NCBI RefSeq assembly: GCF_963921235.1
Contig: NC_086097.1
Span: 134,852,001-134,916,000 of the forward strand
Origin: Mobula hypostoma
Taxonomy: Eukaryota
Direction: 5' to 3'
DNA: 64,000 nt
This document shows positions 36,135 through 48,542 of this stretch, piece by piece; the first letter of the stretch is position 1, and every line of letters begins with the position of its first letter. The position numbers and the translations under genes were made by a program. Below the pieces are notes generated by a model. That model was not told the origin of the DNA. It did no database searches and saw only the letters and a program-made list of their open reading frames with translations.

Positions 36135-38336
36135 TGGAAAATCAGAGTGGTAATCAATGTGTGGAACTGAAGAAGACAGGGGAGATCTTAAATAGGTTTT
36201 TTGGATCTGTATTAGTTCGGGAGACAGGCACAGAGTCTATAGAAGTGAGGCAAAGCAACATTGCCTTCAGGGACCTTAGACAGATTACAGAGGAGGAGGT
36301 TTTTGCTGTCTTGAGGCTAATTAGGGAGGAAAATGCCCCAAGCTTTACAAGGTCTTTCCTTGGACTCTGTAAGAGGGTAGTACAGAAATTGTAGGGGCCA
36401 TAGCAGAGATATTTAAAACATCCTTGGCCATGAATGAGGTGCTGGAGGGTTGGAAGATAGCTAATATTGTTCCTTTGTTTAATAAAGGCTCTAAGAATAA
36501 GCCAGGAAATTATAGGTCTGTGAGTCTGACATCAGTCGTGGGAAAGTGAATGAAAGGTATTCTAACGGATCAGATATATATGTGTTTAGATAGACAGAGA
36601 CTGATTAGGTATGGTCAACATGACTTTGTATGTGGTAGGTCGTGTCGAACCAATCTTATACAGTTTTCAAGTAAGTTACGAGGAAAGTTGATGATGGCAA
36701 GGCAGTGGATGTTGTCTACATAGACTTTAGCAAGGCCTTTGACAAAGTCCTGCTTGGGTGGTTGGTCAAGAAAATTCAGTCACTTGGCATTCAAGTTGAA
36801 TTAGTAAATTGGATTAGACATTGGCTTCATGGGAGAAGTCAGAGGGTGGTTGTAGATATTTGCTCCTCGGACTGAAGGCCTGTGATTAGTGGTGTGATAC
36901 AGGGATCAATGCAGGGTCCATTGTTATTTGTCATCTATATCAACAATTTGAATGATAATGTGGTAAATTTGCAGATAACACGAAGATTGGGGATATAGTG
37001 GACAGTGAGGACGACTATCAAAGCTTGTGGCAGGATCTGGACCAGCTGGAACAATGGGTTGCAAAACGGCAGATAGAATTTAACGCTGACAAGTGTGAAG
37101 TGTTGTACTTTCCATAATTCCTTCAACGTGGCATCACAGGTAGATAGTCATAAAGAAAGCTTTTGGCACATTGGCTTTCATAAATCAATGTTTTGAATAC
37201 AGGAGTTGGGATTAGGGTTGCCAACTTTCTCACTCCCAAATAAGGGACAAAAGTAGCATTCAAATACAGGACACTTGTGTTTACCCCGAGAAAGATTACC
37301 ATGAACATGAAGCCTTGCGCAGGCACCTGTGTGCACATACATGACGTGCGCATGCGTGTATGTGCCGATTTTTTTTCTACAAATCGGTTTTGGCGATTCT
37401 GTTCAATGAAACTACACTGTACATACATTATTTCTACTTTATATTGGCTGTGTATTTATCATCTCATCCCTGCTTTTACTATATGTTAGTGTTATTTTAG
37501 GTTTTATGTGTTATTTGGTATGATTTGGTAGGTTATTTTTTGGGTCTGGGAACACTCAAAAATTTTCCCATATAAATTAATGGTAATTGCTTCTTCACTT
37601 TACACCATTTCGGCACAAAAGGTTTCATAGGAACGCTCCACCTTAGCGGGGGAAATACGGGACAAGGGCGGTCCTGTATGGGACAAACCAATTTAGCCCA
37701 ATATACAGGATATCCCAGCTAATACGGGACAGTCGGCAACCCTAGTTGGGATGTTCTGTTGAAATTGCATAAGACGCTGGTGAGGCCTAATTTGGAATAT
37801 TGTGTCCGGTTTTGATCACCTACCTACTGGAAAGATGTACAGCAAAATGAGATTGAAAACGTGCAGGTAAGATTTACAAAGATGTTTCTGGGACTGGAGG
37901 ACCTGAGATACTGGGAAAGGTCGAAAAGGTTTGGACTTTATTCCCTGGAACATAGAAGATTGAGGGCAGATTTGATAGAGGTACACAAAGTTATGAGGGG
38001 TATAGAGAGGGTCAATGCAAGCAGGCTTTCCCACTGAGGTTCGGTGAGACTACAACTAGAGGTCATTGAGGTTATTGGTTAAGGGTGAAATGTGAAACGT
38101 TTAAGGGGTACATCTTCACTCAGGGGTGGTGAGAATATGGAATGAGCTTCCAGCTCAATTGGTGGTTGTGGGTTTGATTTCAACATTTAAGAGTAATTTG
38201 GATAGGTACTTGGAAGGGAGGGGTATGGAGGGCTATGGTCCGGGTGCAGGTTGATGGGACTAAGCAGACTAATGGTTTGGCATGGACTAGATGGACCAAA
38301 GGGCCTGTGTCTCTTCTGTAGTGTAAATGACTCTAT
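36135..38336 (+). mobile_element. Decayed CR1 LINE interrupted by a hAT MITE
   Basis: GEILNRFFGSV..ITEEEV, DFSKAFDKV region and CR1 3' end; same subfamily look as 1490-3650. Confidence 0.85.
37213..37744. mobile_element. Non-autonomous hAT transposon (MITE), 532 bp
   Basis: TIRs TAGGGTTGCCAACT / AGTCGGCAACCCTA; exact 8-bp TSD GTTGGGAT (37205-37212 / 37745-37752); subterminal GGGACA repeats. Confidence 0.92.
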
Positions 38337-38399
38337 AACAATAGTACTTCCTAAATCAAAAACTTCCAGATATGCTGAAAATTGCGATCTTCTGCTTGG

Positions 38400-40090
38400 G
38401 CCTTGAGCTCCCAGTGGAGCACAGGCTATCCATGACCTCCCATCTCCATCCTCCTTGCCAGTTTCTCAAGCAAGGACTAGGAGTGTCCCCATCATCTAAT
38501 TTCAGCCTCAACGTCTCTCCTCCATGTGCCCTTTGGACATCCCTTCTTTCTCTTTCCTTGGGGATTGCATTTTAATGCTGACCTGGTGATGTTGTTGGTT
38601 GATGTTCTCAAGGTGTGGCCAATCCACCTCCATTTCTGTTTGCATATTTGTATCTCTATGGATTCCTGGTTGGTGTTTTCCCACAGTGTCTGATTGGTTT
38701 ATTGATCCTGGCTTTGACACCTTCTGCTTGGGATGCAAGAGTGTTGATGTACTCTCTCCTGTTCCTCTTGGTCTTTCTCTTCGCTTCCTTGTGCACTCTG
38801 TCAAATTCTCTCTGTGTCCCTGCTTTCTCGATCTTATTTCTGTTTCTATTGCATTTTTCTTTTAGTCTTCTCCTCTTGTTGATTGTTTCCATTATTCCTG
38901 GTGTAATCCACTCTTTATACTCAAATGTCCTTTTGTCCAGCACTTCCTCACAAGTTTTGTTTATTCCCTCTTTGACAGCAGTCCATTTGTCTTCGATATC
39001 AAGGTCCTCAAGTGCCTGGAACCTGAGCAAGATCTCTGAGCTGTTTCTTTGTCTGTCAGGTAGCTCATACTTACTTCAGTTGCTGATTGGGTGGTGTACA
39101 GCTTCTTTTTAGCTTCATCTGTACTTTGGTGATCAGTAGATGGTGGTCTGACCCTGCATCTGCACCAGGTTTCACTCTTACATCATGCAGTAATCTTTCA
39201 GATGCATACATCATTGTTCTGGTTCTCTGTTACCTTGTCTGTTAACATCCACGTTGCCTTGTGTATTTGCCTGTGTGGGAATAAGCTTGCTCTAATGAAT
39301 AGCTTGAAGTTTACACAGGTTTCAGCAAATTGTTTCCCATTTTCATTCATTTCTCCGAGACCACAATTCGCCATTGCCTGTTTGTATCCTGCATTATCCC
39401 TGCCTATTTTGGCATTAAAATCTCCCATGACAATGGTCAGGTCTTTTCCCTTTCTTCAGCTGATGACTCCACTCAGAGTGTTGTAGAACTCATCTCTGTC
39501 TTCTTCATTAGCATTGTTTGTTGATGCATAACATTGAAATACTTGAGCTATTGTCTTCTTATGCTTGTTTTTAAAGATGATTCTGGAGCTGATGGCTTCC
39601 CATGTGATCATGGCTCTACGTGCTTCTGGTGTCATCATGAAGACTACACCCTCTGTATGTGGTGCATCATTGCTCTGATGGCTTGAGTAGATGATACTTA
39701 TCCAGTCTGTCAGTCGAGTCTCTCCAGATGATGTTCATCTTGTCTCACTCAGTCCAAGAATGGACAGTTTGTAACTTTTCATCTTGTTTGCTACAATGGT
39801 GGATTTTCCTGCCTGGTACAAGGTTCTCACATTCCAGATATCCAAGCTAGATATGGGCTTTGGTGATCAAAGAGTTGTCAACCATGCAGGATCCTGATGA
39901 CTTTACCTGCACTGCATCATGTGCTCACTCAAAGATGAGCCTCTTCTCACAAAGTCAATGGTATGGTTGGAGTTCGTCCATCTTTCTGTGATTCACTGTA
40001 TCCACTGTACATGGGATTGGCCTATACAGCTTCACCAGAGCCCTGTTGGCCAGCCTTATGCGTTTCCACCTCTCACGTTGGAGATGTAGG
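38400..40090 (-). mobile_element. RTE-clade LINE, internally deleted (endonuclease plus C-terminus, no RT)
   Basis: WNVRT near 39830, VFQCYAST, MGDFNAKIG..GLGEMNENG..FPHRQIHKATW, then WRWIGHTLR..NPQGKR C-terminal motif near 38620-38540. Confidence 0.8.
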
Positions 40091-40159
40091 GTTGGACTTT
40101 GAGAGGTGAAGATTGCTCTTTATTTCTTTATTTTCTGATAAAAGGAAGACAGATATTAA

Positions 40160-40296
40160 ACGCAAGAGATTCTGCAGATGTTGGAAATTGCAAGCAACGC
40201 ACACAAAATGCTGGAGGAACTCAGCAGGTTAGGCAGCATATGGCTGGAAATGAATAAGCAGTTAATAATTTGAGCCAAGACCCTTCATCAGGACCT
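40160..40296 (-). mobile_element. Penelope pLTR fragment with degenerate hammerhead
   Basis: GATTCTGCAGATGTTGGAAA..CACACAAAATGCTGGAGGAACTCAGCAGG..GACCCTTCATCAGGAC, similar to 16004-16146. Confidence 0.75.
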
Positions 40297-41065
40297 GATC
40301 AGGACAGGACAACTCTCACAAATAGCAAAGGGTTAATAACCAAAAATAAAAAATAGCTTAAGTGACATGGGGTGAGGGATAAATGTTGGCCAGGGCACAA
40401 CGGATAACTCACTGCTGTTTTTTGGCAAAGTGTTGAATACCACCAGAGAGAGTGCATGGGAATGTGGTTTATAGTCTGATCCAAAAGACACTGCATCACT
40501 CCCTCTATATCAGTCTGCACCATGTGAACCTTCTCATATTCAGTTGCTTTGACTGCTCAGAGCTTATTCTGGACTTTTGGTGTTTTATGGTGAAGTTTTC
40601 TTTGATATTAATATTTTCATTCCATCTTACCTTTGAGAAATACTTTGCACAGCCTTTTTTCCTTGCAGTGTTGCTTTAGGGTACTGCTGCAAATTAGTAA
40701 TTTACGATCTTTAGCTGATCTTTAACTATTTTGAAACTTGATAAACTTTGTTCTTTTTCAACACCATTCCCACAGAATACAAAGTGCATTTCAGAAAGCT
40801 CATGTTTTGCAAGAAAATGTTTTAATTATTTACCAGGAAATCTCTGCCAGCATGAATCACAAATGGGGAATGAGCTTGCCTGACTCAGCTGAGGGATTCA
40901 CTTATTAGGAAAGATTGAACTGGCCAGGGCACTTTCTCTAGGCTGGTAAACTGATGTGGTAGAGGTCTTTAAAATTATTGTAGGGGTTGATATTGTGAAC
41001 ATAGACAGAAGGTTTCATCTCCTTGCAACAAAGTAGGCTACTCTACCCATTGGATTCCAACAGAC

Positions 41066-41765
41066 CGTAGCCCCCCATGGCCAGCCTCAGGGTCGCCCGG
41101 CTCGCTGTCGTCTAGGGAAACAGCCCTCGGCCCCGCCAAACTGGGGAATCAGTTTGTGTGGATGCTGTGTGATGTACCCCACCCCACCCAAATAACAGAC
41201 AATACACCAGATACGATTAAGTGATTTACAGTTTATAAATATTACTGGAACTATATAATTAATAGAGAATGAAATATAAAAGGAAAATAAAAGGCACCAC
41301 ACTTATCAAAGTTCAGTCTCTTCGTGCACAAACAGTTGGAGCTCAGGACCCCTCTGCTTCACCCTGCAACCCCTCGGATCACCTCGACCGGCCACCTGGG
41401 ACCAACAACGGTGGATGACCAGACGCTCCACACAAGTCCGTCTCTGTCTCCTCTCCTCACCAAACGCCTCACTCAGGGTCCAACCCTGTTAGCAGACTCA
41501 CAGCACTTGGTCCATCCTCTGTCTCTCTCTCCCGCCTTCTGCCCCAAAACCCCGCGCATACAATATCTTACAGGCAAACCAAAAACATAACAACTATTCC
41601 CATTGGTTCATTCGTCCTCTTATCAATAGATAATCCAAAACAAACTACTAGCGGGAGGACTTTCTCAGCAGTTAACATAACAAAGAAGCCCTATCAATTA
41701 TAACATAACAAAGAAGCCATTTTAATTAGACTACGCAGTGACATAAAAAAAAGAAACCCCTTACA
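41066..41765 (-). mobile_element. Probable solo LTR
   Basis: Minus strand starts TGTAAGGGG and ends GGGGGGCTACG; CpG-richer than flanks; internal short duplication TAACATAACAAAGAAGCC; no TSD found. Confidence 0.5.
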
Positions 41766-43479
41766 ATCTCATCAATTCCTCTTCCACTTTCCATATTCCC
41801 CCCACCCCTGCATCTCACGTGCCCCATGAACACCCTTTTGATATTTTTTGACACTTAGCTACATTAAGGGTAATTTTCATTGGAAATTGAACTAATCAGC
41901 ACATTTTTGGGATGTAGGTGTAGAGCAGCAAAAGTGAGGTTAAGTATCCCTTCAGGCAGCGGTGGAGCATTCTGCAGGCTAAGGAGAGATACTGGAAACC
42001 ACAAAACAAAAAAGCACAGGGAATGGAGGTCATGTAATTGAAGCCTTGTCAGCACCCGTGTGATTATTTGGCTGAGACAGCTTTGAATTCCACTGTAAAC
42101 AATCCCGCCACAAACCACCCAGAGAACAGAGTAAGCAAATGGGGATGCTTTGGGAACTGACATCTTGTGAAAGTGGCAGTCTGATCAAAGTGCAGATGGT
42201 CTGATAATTAAAGAACCAATAGAATCTAGAAGAAAGCCAAACAGTCACAGGGAAACATGAGGACTCCACTGTGGGGCTGTGACGTAGCATAGTTCAAAGT
42301 TCACCAGCAGTTCTTAAAGACATAAAATATGAGGTAGTCACTAATATATCCAAAAGGGAACTTGGTGGAAACTTCTTTAGCTAAAGAGTGGTGAATGTGG
42401 AACTCCGTGAGTGGTTGAGTTGAACAGTAGATGTGGATCTAAAGAGAATTAGATAAACGTATGAGGGAAAGGGCAAGATGAAGAAGGATGGGAGAAAACT
42501 TATAAGGAGCAGAGTAGTTAGGTTGATAGGTTGTTTCTGTGTTGCTCATTCTATGTAATTCTACATGAGAGAATGCTTGGGTCATTCCACTGACAATGCT
42601 CCATCCACTTCTATGCTTATTTTAATAAGTTAATGTTCTGTTTTTTTTTACCATGTACCTGATTACTTGCCTTATGTTTAGATTCCAAAATGCTCAATTT
42701 AATGCCAAAATTTAAAATGTGCTCTGCACCCTTTTTTTGGCATTAAAATAGCAATGCGGGTCACTCTGGCACTATCTCTGCCTTCCTTCTGCAGGTGCTC
42801 AGTACTTAGAACCTGCCCATCAGCCTGAAGGCACAAAAGTCTGAGAGCGTGAACCACCAATTCAAGGACAGTTTCTATCCCATTGCTCTCAGGCTTTGAA
42901 CAGACCTCTCATATGCTAAGGAATGAACGTTTAAACTGTTGATCTCAGTCTATCTTGACATGGCCCTTGCACTTTATTTGTTTACCTGCACTGCACTTTC
43001 TCTGTAACTGTGACACTATATTCTGCAATCTGTTTTCTTATTACCTTGATGTAATTATGCTTGCACTAATCTGTCTAGATTGCATACAAAGCAAAAGTTT
43101 TTTACTGTATCTTGGTAATGTGACAGTAATAAGCCAATACCGATCATCATCTTCTCAAACTGGTTCTGCCATTTAGAAAATTCCTCATTAATATGCTGCA
43201 TATTTACAACTCTTTTAAATTTGATTTCCTATAGGTGCATTGTTCTGCAAGAGGTAAACTGTCACCGATCATTTCTTTCTACATCATGCTTAAACAGGGC
43301 ATCATCAGGTATACAGTATAATCTTAAAGTAAATCAGATAAGAAATCTCATAACATTCATAAAATAATTAAGCCAGGTAGGACACAGAAATACAATTGAT
43401 ATTCATAGTTTTCATCACAGTATGGAGAATTACAGTTCTTCCCCAAAATGTAACAAGATATTGAGGTAGCATGAAGAGC

Positions 43480-43715
43480 ACTTGATTGGTTACATCACCA
43501 TTTGGCATGGAGGCATTAATGCAAAGGAGCATAAGAAGCTTCAAGACTGGTCGTAGACTCAGCCGCTCCATTACAGGTACAAACCTCTCCATCATCGAGG
43601 ACATTTCCCAAAGGTGCTGTCTCAAGAGGGCAGCATCCATCATTAAGCACTCTCACCAGGAGTTACATGTCCTTTCATCAAGCAGAAAGTACAAGAGCCT
43701 GAACACCCACACTCA
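43480..43715 (+). mobile_element. Rex1/Babar 3' fragment
   Basis: SITGTNLSIIEDISQRCCLKRAASIIK..SSRKYKSLNTHT. Confidence 0.65.
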
Positions 43716-44445
43716 AAAATATGGATATGGAACAATCTTTTCTCCAAGACTGGCAAGTCCAAAACTAGGAGGCATAGGTTTAGAGTGAGAGGAGAAAGAT
43801 TTTAAAAGGACCTGAGGGGCAACATTTGCACACAGAAGGTGGTGAGAAACCAGAGGTTGAGGCAGATACAATACTATCACTGAAGAAACCCTTATACAGG
43901 TACATGAAAATTTGCAATTATTAAATGCTATTTTGGAGAAAGCTAAAGGACTTATTCCTGTTATCTGAGGCAATATTGATTCCTTTTTCAACATCATTGA
44001 AACCTTCACTTTCTGATCGAGAATTAACTGTACACAATTTTGTTGCACGGTTTCCTATGTTACAATGCTTCATTGGCTGTAAAGCACTCTAGGATATCCT
44101 GCAATTGCAAAGGATGCTCCAGAAGTACAAGACATTCTCTTGTGGGTTGTCACTTGAGTGGCCAATGTGCAGCTGCATTTTATTACTTCTGGGCTGGTAT
44201 CCAAACCTCCTTCACCTTAGGCAGCTTGGACTCAAGAGTTATTGGTAGTGCAATTAATGAATCTGCCTTTAATACAAGGGTTGGCTGTTTCACTGTTAAG
44301 GAATGCAAGATTAAAGGAGTGGTGATTCTGAATTTTAGTTGATTGCTTCTTCTCTTAGATACACATTCACATTTCCAATATCTGTAATGCTCTACTTTAA
44401 AAGGATCTGGAAACACATACAACTACAATCAGGTAAGGATCATAT

Positions 44446-44875
44446 ACATTCAGTGGCCACTCAATGTATTTTCATGGTCTTCTGCTGCTGTCGCCCATCC
44501 GCTTCAAGGTTCGGTGTGTTGTGAATTCAGAGATGCTCTTTCTGCACAAGACTGTTCTAACATGTTATTACTTGAGTTACTGTCACTGTCCCATTAGCTT
44601 GAACCAGTCTGGCTATTCTCCGCTGGACTCTCTCATTAACAACAACTTTTTGCCGAAAGAACTGCCGCTCTCTGGATGTTTTTTGTTTTTCACACCATTC
44701 TCTGTAAATCGCAGAGACTGTTGTGTGTGAAAATCCCAGCAGATCAGCAGTTTCTGAGATACTCAAACCATCCGTCTGGCACCAACAATCATTCCACGGA
44801 CAAAGTCACTTAGATCACATTTCTTCCCCATTCTGATGTTTGGTCTGAACAATAACTGAACAACAACCTCTTGAC
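44446..44875 (-). mobile_element. Tc1-like transposon remnant (transposase HTH N-terminus)
   Basis: LSISETADLLGFSHTTVSAIYREWCEKQKTS..NERVQRRIARLVQAN; TIR-like TACATTCAGTGGCCAC at 44446. Confidence 0.8.
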
Positions 44876-45228
44876 CTCCTGAAATTTGGCATGCTCCTTT
44901 TGACCCTCACTAATTTTTAACTGATGCACCGTAGAAAGCGTCCTATCCAGATGTATCATGGCAACTGCTCTGCCCAAGGTCCCAAGAAACTACAGAGTGT
45001 GGACACAACTCAGCACATCTTGGAAACAAGCCTCCGTTCCATGGACTCTGTCTACATTTCACATGATCTCAGTAAAACAGGCAATACATTCAAAGACCCA
45101 CTCCACTCCAGGCATTCCTTCTTCTCCCTCCTCCAACCAGGCAGAAGATACAAAACCCTAGAAGCACATATCACCAGCGAAAGCTTCTATCCCACTGCTA
45201 AAATACTATTTAACAGTCCCCAAGTATG

Positions 45229-46325
45229 TGGATAGAGAATTGGTTGGCAGACAGGAAGCAAAGAGTGGGAATAAACGGGACCTTTTCAGAATGGCAGGCA
45301 GTGACTAGTGGGGTACTGCAAGGCTCAGTGCTGGGACCCCAGTTGTTTACAATATATATTAATGACTTAGATGTAGGAATTAAATGCAGCATCTCCAAGT
45401 TTGCGGATGACACAAAGCTGGGCGGCAGTGTTAGCTGTGAGGAGGATGCTAAGAGGATGGCAGGGTGACTTGGATAGGTTAGGTGAGTGGGCAAATTCAT
45501 GGCAGATGCAATTTAATGTGGATAACTAAGATTATCCACTTTGGTGGCAAAAACAGGAAAACAGATTATTATCTGAATGGTGGCCGATTAGGAAAAGGGG
45601 AGGTGCAACGAGACCTGGGTGTCATTATACACCAGTCATTGAAAGTGGGCATGCAGGTACAGCAGGCGGTGAAAAAGGCAAATGGTATGCTGGCATTTAT
45701 AGCAAGAGGATTTGAGTACAGGAGCAGGGAGGTACTACTGCAGTTGTACAAGGCCTTGGTGAGACCACACCTGGAGTATTGTGTGCAGTTTTGGTCCCCT
45801 AATCTGAGGAAAGACATCCTTGCCATAGAGGGAGTACAAAGAAGGTTCACCAGATTGATTCCTGGGATGGCAGGACTTTCATATGATGAAAGACTGGATT
45901 GACTAGGCTTATACTTGTTGGAATTTAGAAGATTGAGGGGGGATCTGATTGAAACGTATAAAATCCTAAAGGGATTGGACAGGCTAGATGCAGGAAGATT
46001 GTTCCCGATGTTGGGGAAGTCCAGAACGAGGGGTCACAGTTTGAGGATAAAGGGGAAGCCTTTTAGGACCGAGATTAGGAAAAACTTCTTCACACAGAGA
46101 GTGGCGAATCTGTGGAATTCTCTGTCACAGGAAACAGTTGAGGCCAGTCCATTGGTTATATTTAAGAGGGAGTTAGAGATGGCCCTTGTAGCTAAAGGGA
46201 TCGGGAGTATGGAGAGAAGGCTGGTACAGGGTTCTGAGTTGGATGATCAGCCATGATCATACTGAATGGCGGTGCAGGCTCAAAGGGCCGAATGGCCTAC
46301 TCCTGCACCCATTTTCTATGTTTCT
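45229..46325 (+). mobile_element. Young 5'-truncated CR1 LINE inserted into a Rex1-derived tail
   Basis: Near-intact RT C-terminus (GVLQGSVLGPQLFTIYINDLD, KFADDTKL, LVRPHLEYCVQFWSP, RRLRGDLIETYKI); 7-bp TSD AAGTATG (45222-45228 / 46326-46332). Confidence 0.92.
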
Positions 46326-46589
46326 AAGTATGATAAGATAGACTCTTGACCTCACAATCTACCTCATACCTCTTATTATCTGCCTGAATTGCACTTTCTC
46401 TGTTACTGTATCACTTCATTGTGCAGTCTGTTTATGTTTTGCCTTGTAGAACCTCAATGCACTGTTGTAATGAATTGATCTGTATGGATTGCATGCAAAG
46501 TAAATTTTTTCACCATACCTTGCAACATCTAATAATAATTAACCAATTTACCATTTACCAATGGAGCAATTTTGCACAAGACTGTCACT

Positions 46590-47135
46590 CACTTATTGCG
46601 GATTGCTCCGTGGGCATTTAGGGCAGCAATGAAGGTTCTCCATCTCTGTATGTCCTTTGCCATCTTCCCTATAGTGCCCCAATGTGTTTCAGTATCCTCA
46701 TTCCTGCCTCTACGGTATGGCGCCAAGTTATCTTTGGTCCGCTGCATTTCCTCTGCACTTCAGGGGTCCAATGAAGTGCTGTCTTGATGACGGCATTGGC
46801 CTCTCTTCTCATCACATGCCTACTCCATCTCCAATGGTTCCTCATGATGATTGTGGCCACGTCCCCTTGATGACACTGAGGGAGTAAGGCGTGGTTGGAG
46901 ATCCTTCTTGGCCAGGTTGGAGTCTCATGGTATGGAATGATTGGCAAGGTCACTCTCTGTCATGTGCCAGCAATCTGACCTGTACAGGAGTGTGGACAGA
47001 ACACAGCTCTGGAACAGTTTAGTATAAAACCGTTTCACCAATTGCTGCCTTGAGTCTGCCAGACCTTGTCCATCTGCTTTCATTGACGCCCAGTATATGT
47101 AGGTTGTAACGACGCTTTTCTGCAGATATTTGTTC
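46590..47135 (-). mobile_element. RTE-derived non-autonomous fragment
   Basis: WRWSRHVMRREANAVIKTALHWTPE..GPKITWRHTVE C-terminus, preceded by endonuclease N-terminal remnant (RYNLHILGVNESRW). Confidence 0.7.
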
Positions 47136-47839
47136 TCAGTTACAAATCATTTACATGGTTTGTAAATTCCAAAATTGTTATCAAACAGCAATTGATACTA
47201 AGACTGAGATTGAAATTGATTTGCGAAGTTAGGGATTCCTAGGGTACAAGTTTCTGAAGGTAGAAATGGAGATGATTGAATTCAGGATTAGAAATAGAGG
47301 AACAACGTGCATTATAGAATCTGTGGGGAACGTGAGGAGTGCTGGGTCTGTGGAACAAGTTGTCAGCGGAAGTGGTGGATGCAGGCTCGATTTCAACATT
47401 TAAGGGAACTTTGGATAGGTACATGAATGGGAGGGGTGTGGAGGACTATGGTCTTAGTGCAGGTCGATGGGTCTAGGTAGAATAATAGTTTGGCATGGAC
47501 TGGATAGGGTGAAGGATCTCTTTCTGTGCTGTAGTTCTCCATGACTCTATGACTCTAATTGGAAGAGATGACAGAGATAAGGATGATTAAGACAATGGAG
47601 GTGTTTGAAAATGAGCTGTTTCAAAATTGAAGCTTTGCTGGACCTAACAAATACGGATCACCAAGCACAGGGTGACAAATCATGCAGATATCGATGATAA
47701 CAACCCAGGTAATAATTTTCTTGCTTGATGAATGAAGCAATGCTTTACTTATCTTTTGAAACTGACGTGAATAACCTGAACTCTGCTTCTATTTGCCTAC
47801 GCATCTTGAAGCCAAGTTAACATGTCAGGTATTATGTGA

Positions 47840-47992
47840 AACTTTTTTTTTATCACTGGACTCCATCCCCTGTACAGCAAAGGCACACCCAGTCATTGGA
47901 AAGGTTGGTTTTATTGCAGATTATATAAAAATCGCACCACAAATTTCTCATAGCTCACTGAGCTGCAGAAGGTAGACAGAGACAGAAGTGAA
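47840..47992 (+). promoter_or_regulatory. ANXA13 TATA promoter and 5' UTR
   Basis: TATATAAAA at 47922-47930; reverse CCAAT (ATTGG) at 47895-47899; TTTATTGC (CDX-type) at 47910-47917; reverse GATA TTATCA at 47850-47855. Confidence 0.7.
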
Positions 47993-48007
47993 ATGGGGAA
48001 TACTCAC
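47993..48007 (+). CDS. ANXA13: Annexin A13 coding exon 1 (MGNTH)
   Basis: GAAATGGGGAATACTCAC|GTAAGT: 15 coding nt then a consensus donor. Matches the short MGNRH-type first coding exon of ANXA13; TATA box about 70 nt upstream. Confidence 0.85.
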
Positions 48008-48542
48008 GTAAGTAAATATACATCCGGCCTTAGACAAAACCTATTGGAACGGGCACTATGTCTGAATTTCCCGATTCTGAGATTTGCTCAAGTGTTTGTC
48101 TCCTGTAAGCCATTTAAATCAAGTTGGAAACTTCATGAAGTATTCCAAAAAGATTGTTAAAGGTTTTATTGATTATCATTGATGCTTGGCCTCTTCATGT
48201 TTTTCATGAGTCCTATGTTTTAGCCAGCTGTTAGGGGAGTGGATGAGTGTGGTGGTATCACAAAACACTTTGCAGCCAATGAGACTGGATAGGATTTTTA
48301 AGGCAAACTTGCATGTTACTTTGCTGTTGTTCCTTTCCGTGCCTTGTGGCACATCAGGCGGCACCCTTGGCATTTTGTCTGTTTTTTATGAGGCCACGTT
48401 GCTAGCTCGACACTCAACCCAGCGCGGATGGAAAGCGTGCAAGGAGACAGCTAGATCTGAACTCAGGAGCACTTGCCTTGAAGTCTGGCACTGATACCAC
48501 TACACCACTGGCTGACTTGTTTTGCTATGAACAACCCAGCAT

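Noticed and set aside
38615..39112. Hydrophobic 165-aa plus-strand ORF resembling a membrane protein
   Set aside because: It is the antisense shadow of the purine-rich RTE linker on the minus strand.
45226..46256. Functional reverse transcriptase gene
   Set aside because: 5'-truncated, split over several frames, no endonuclease or promoter; a dead CR1 copy.
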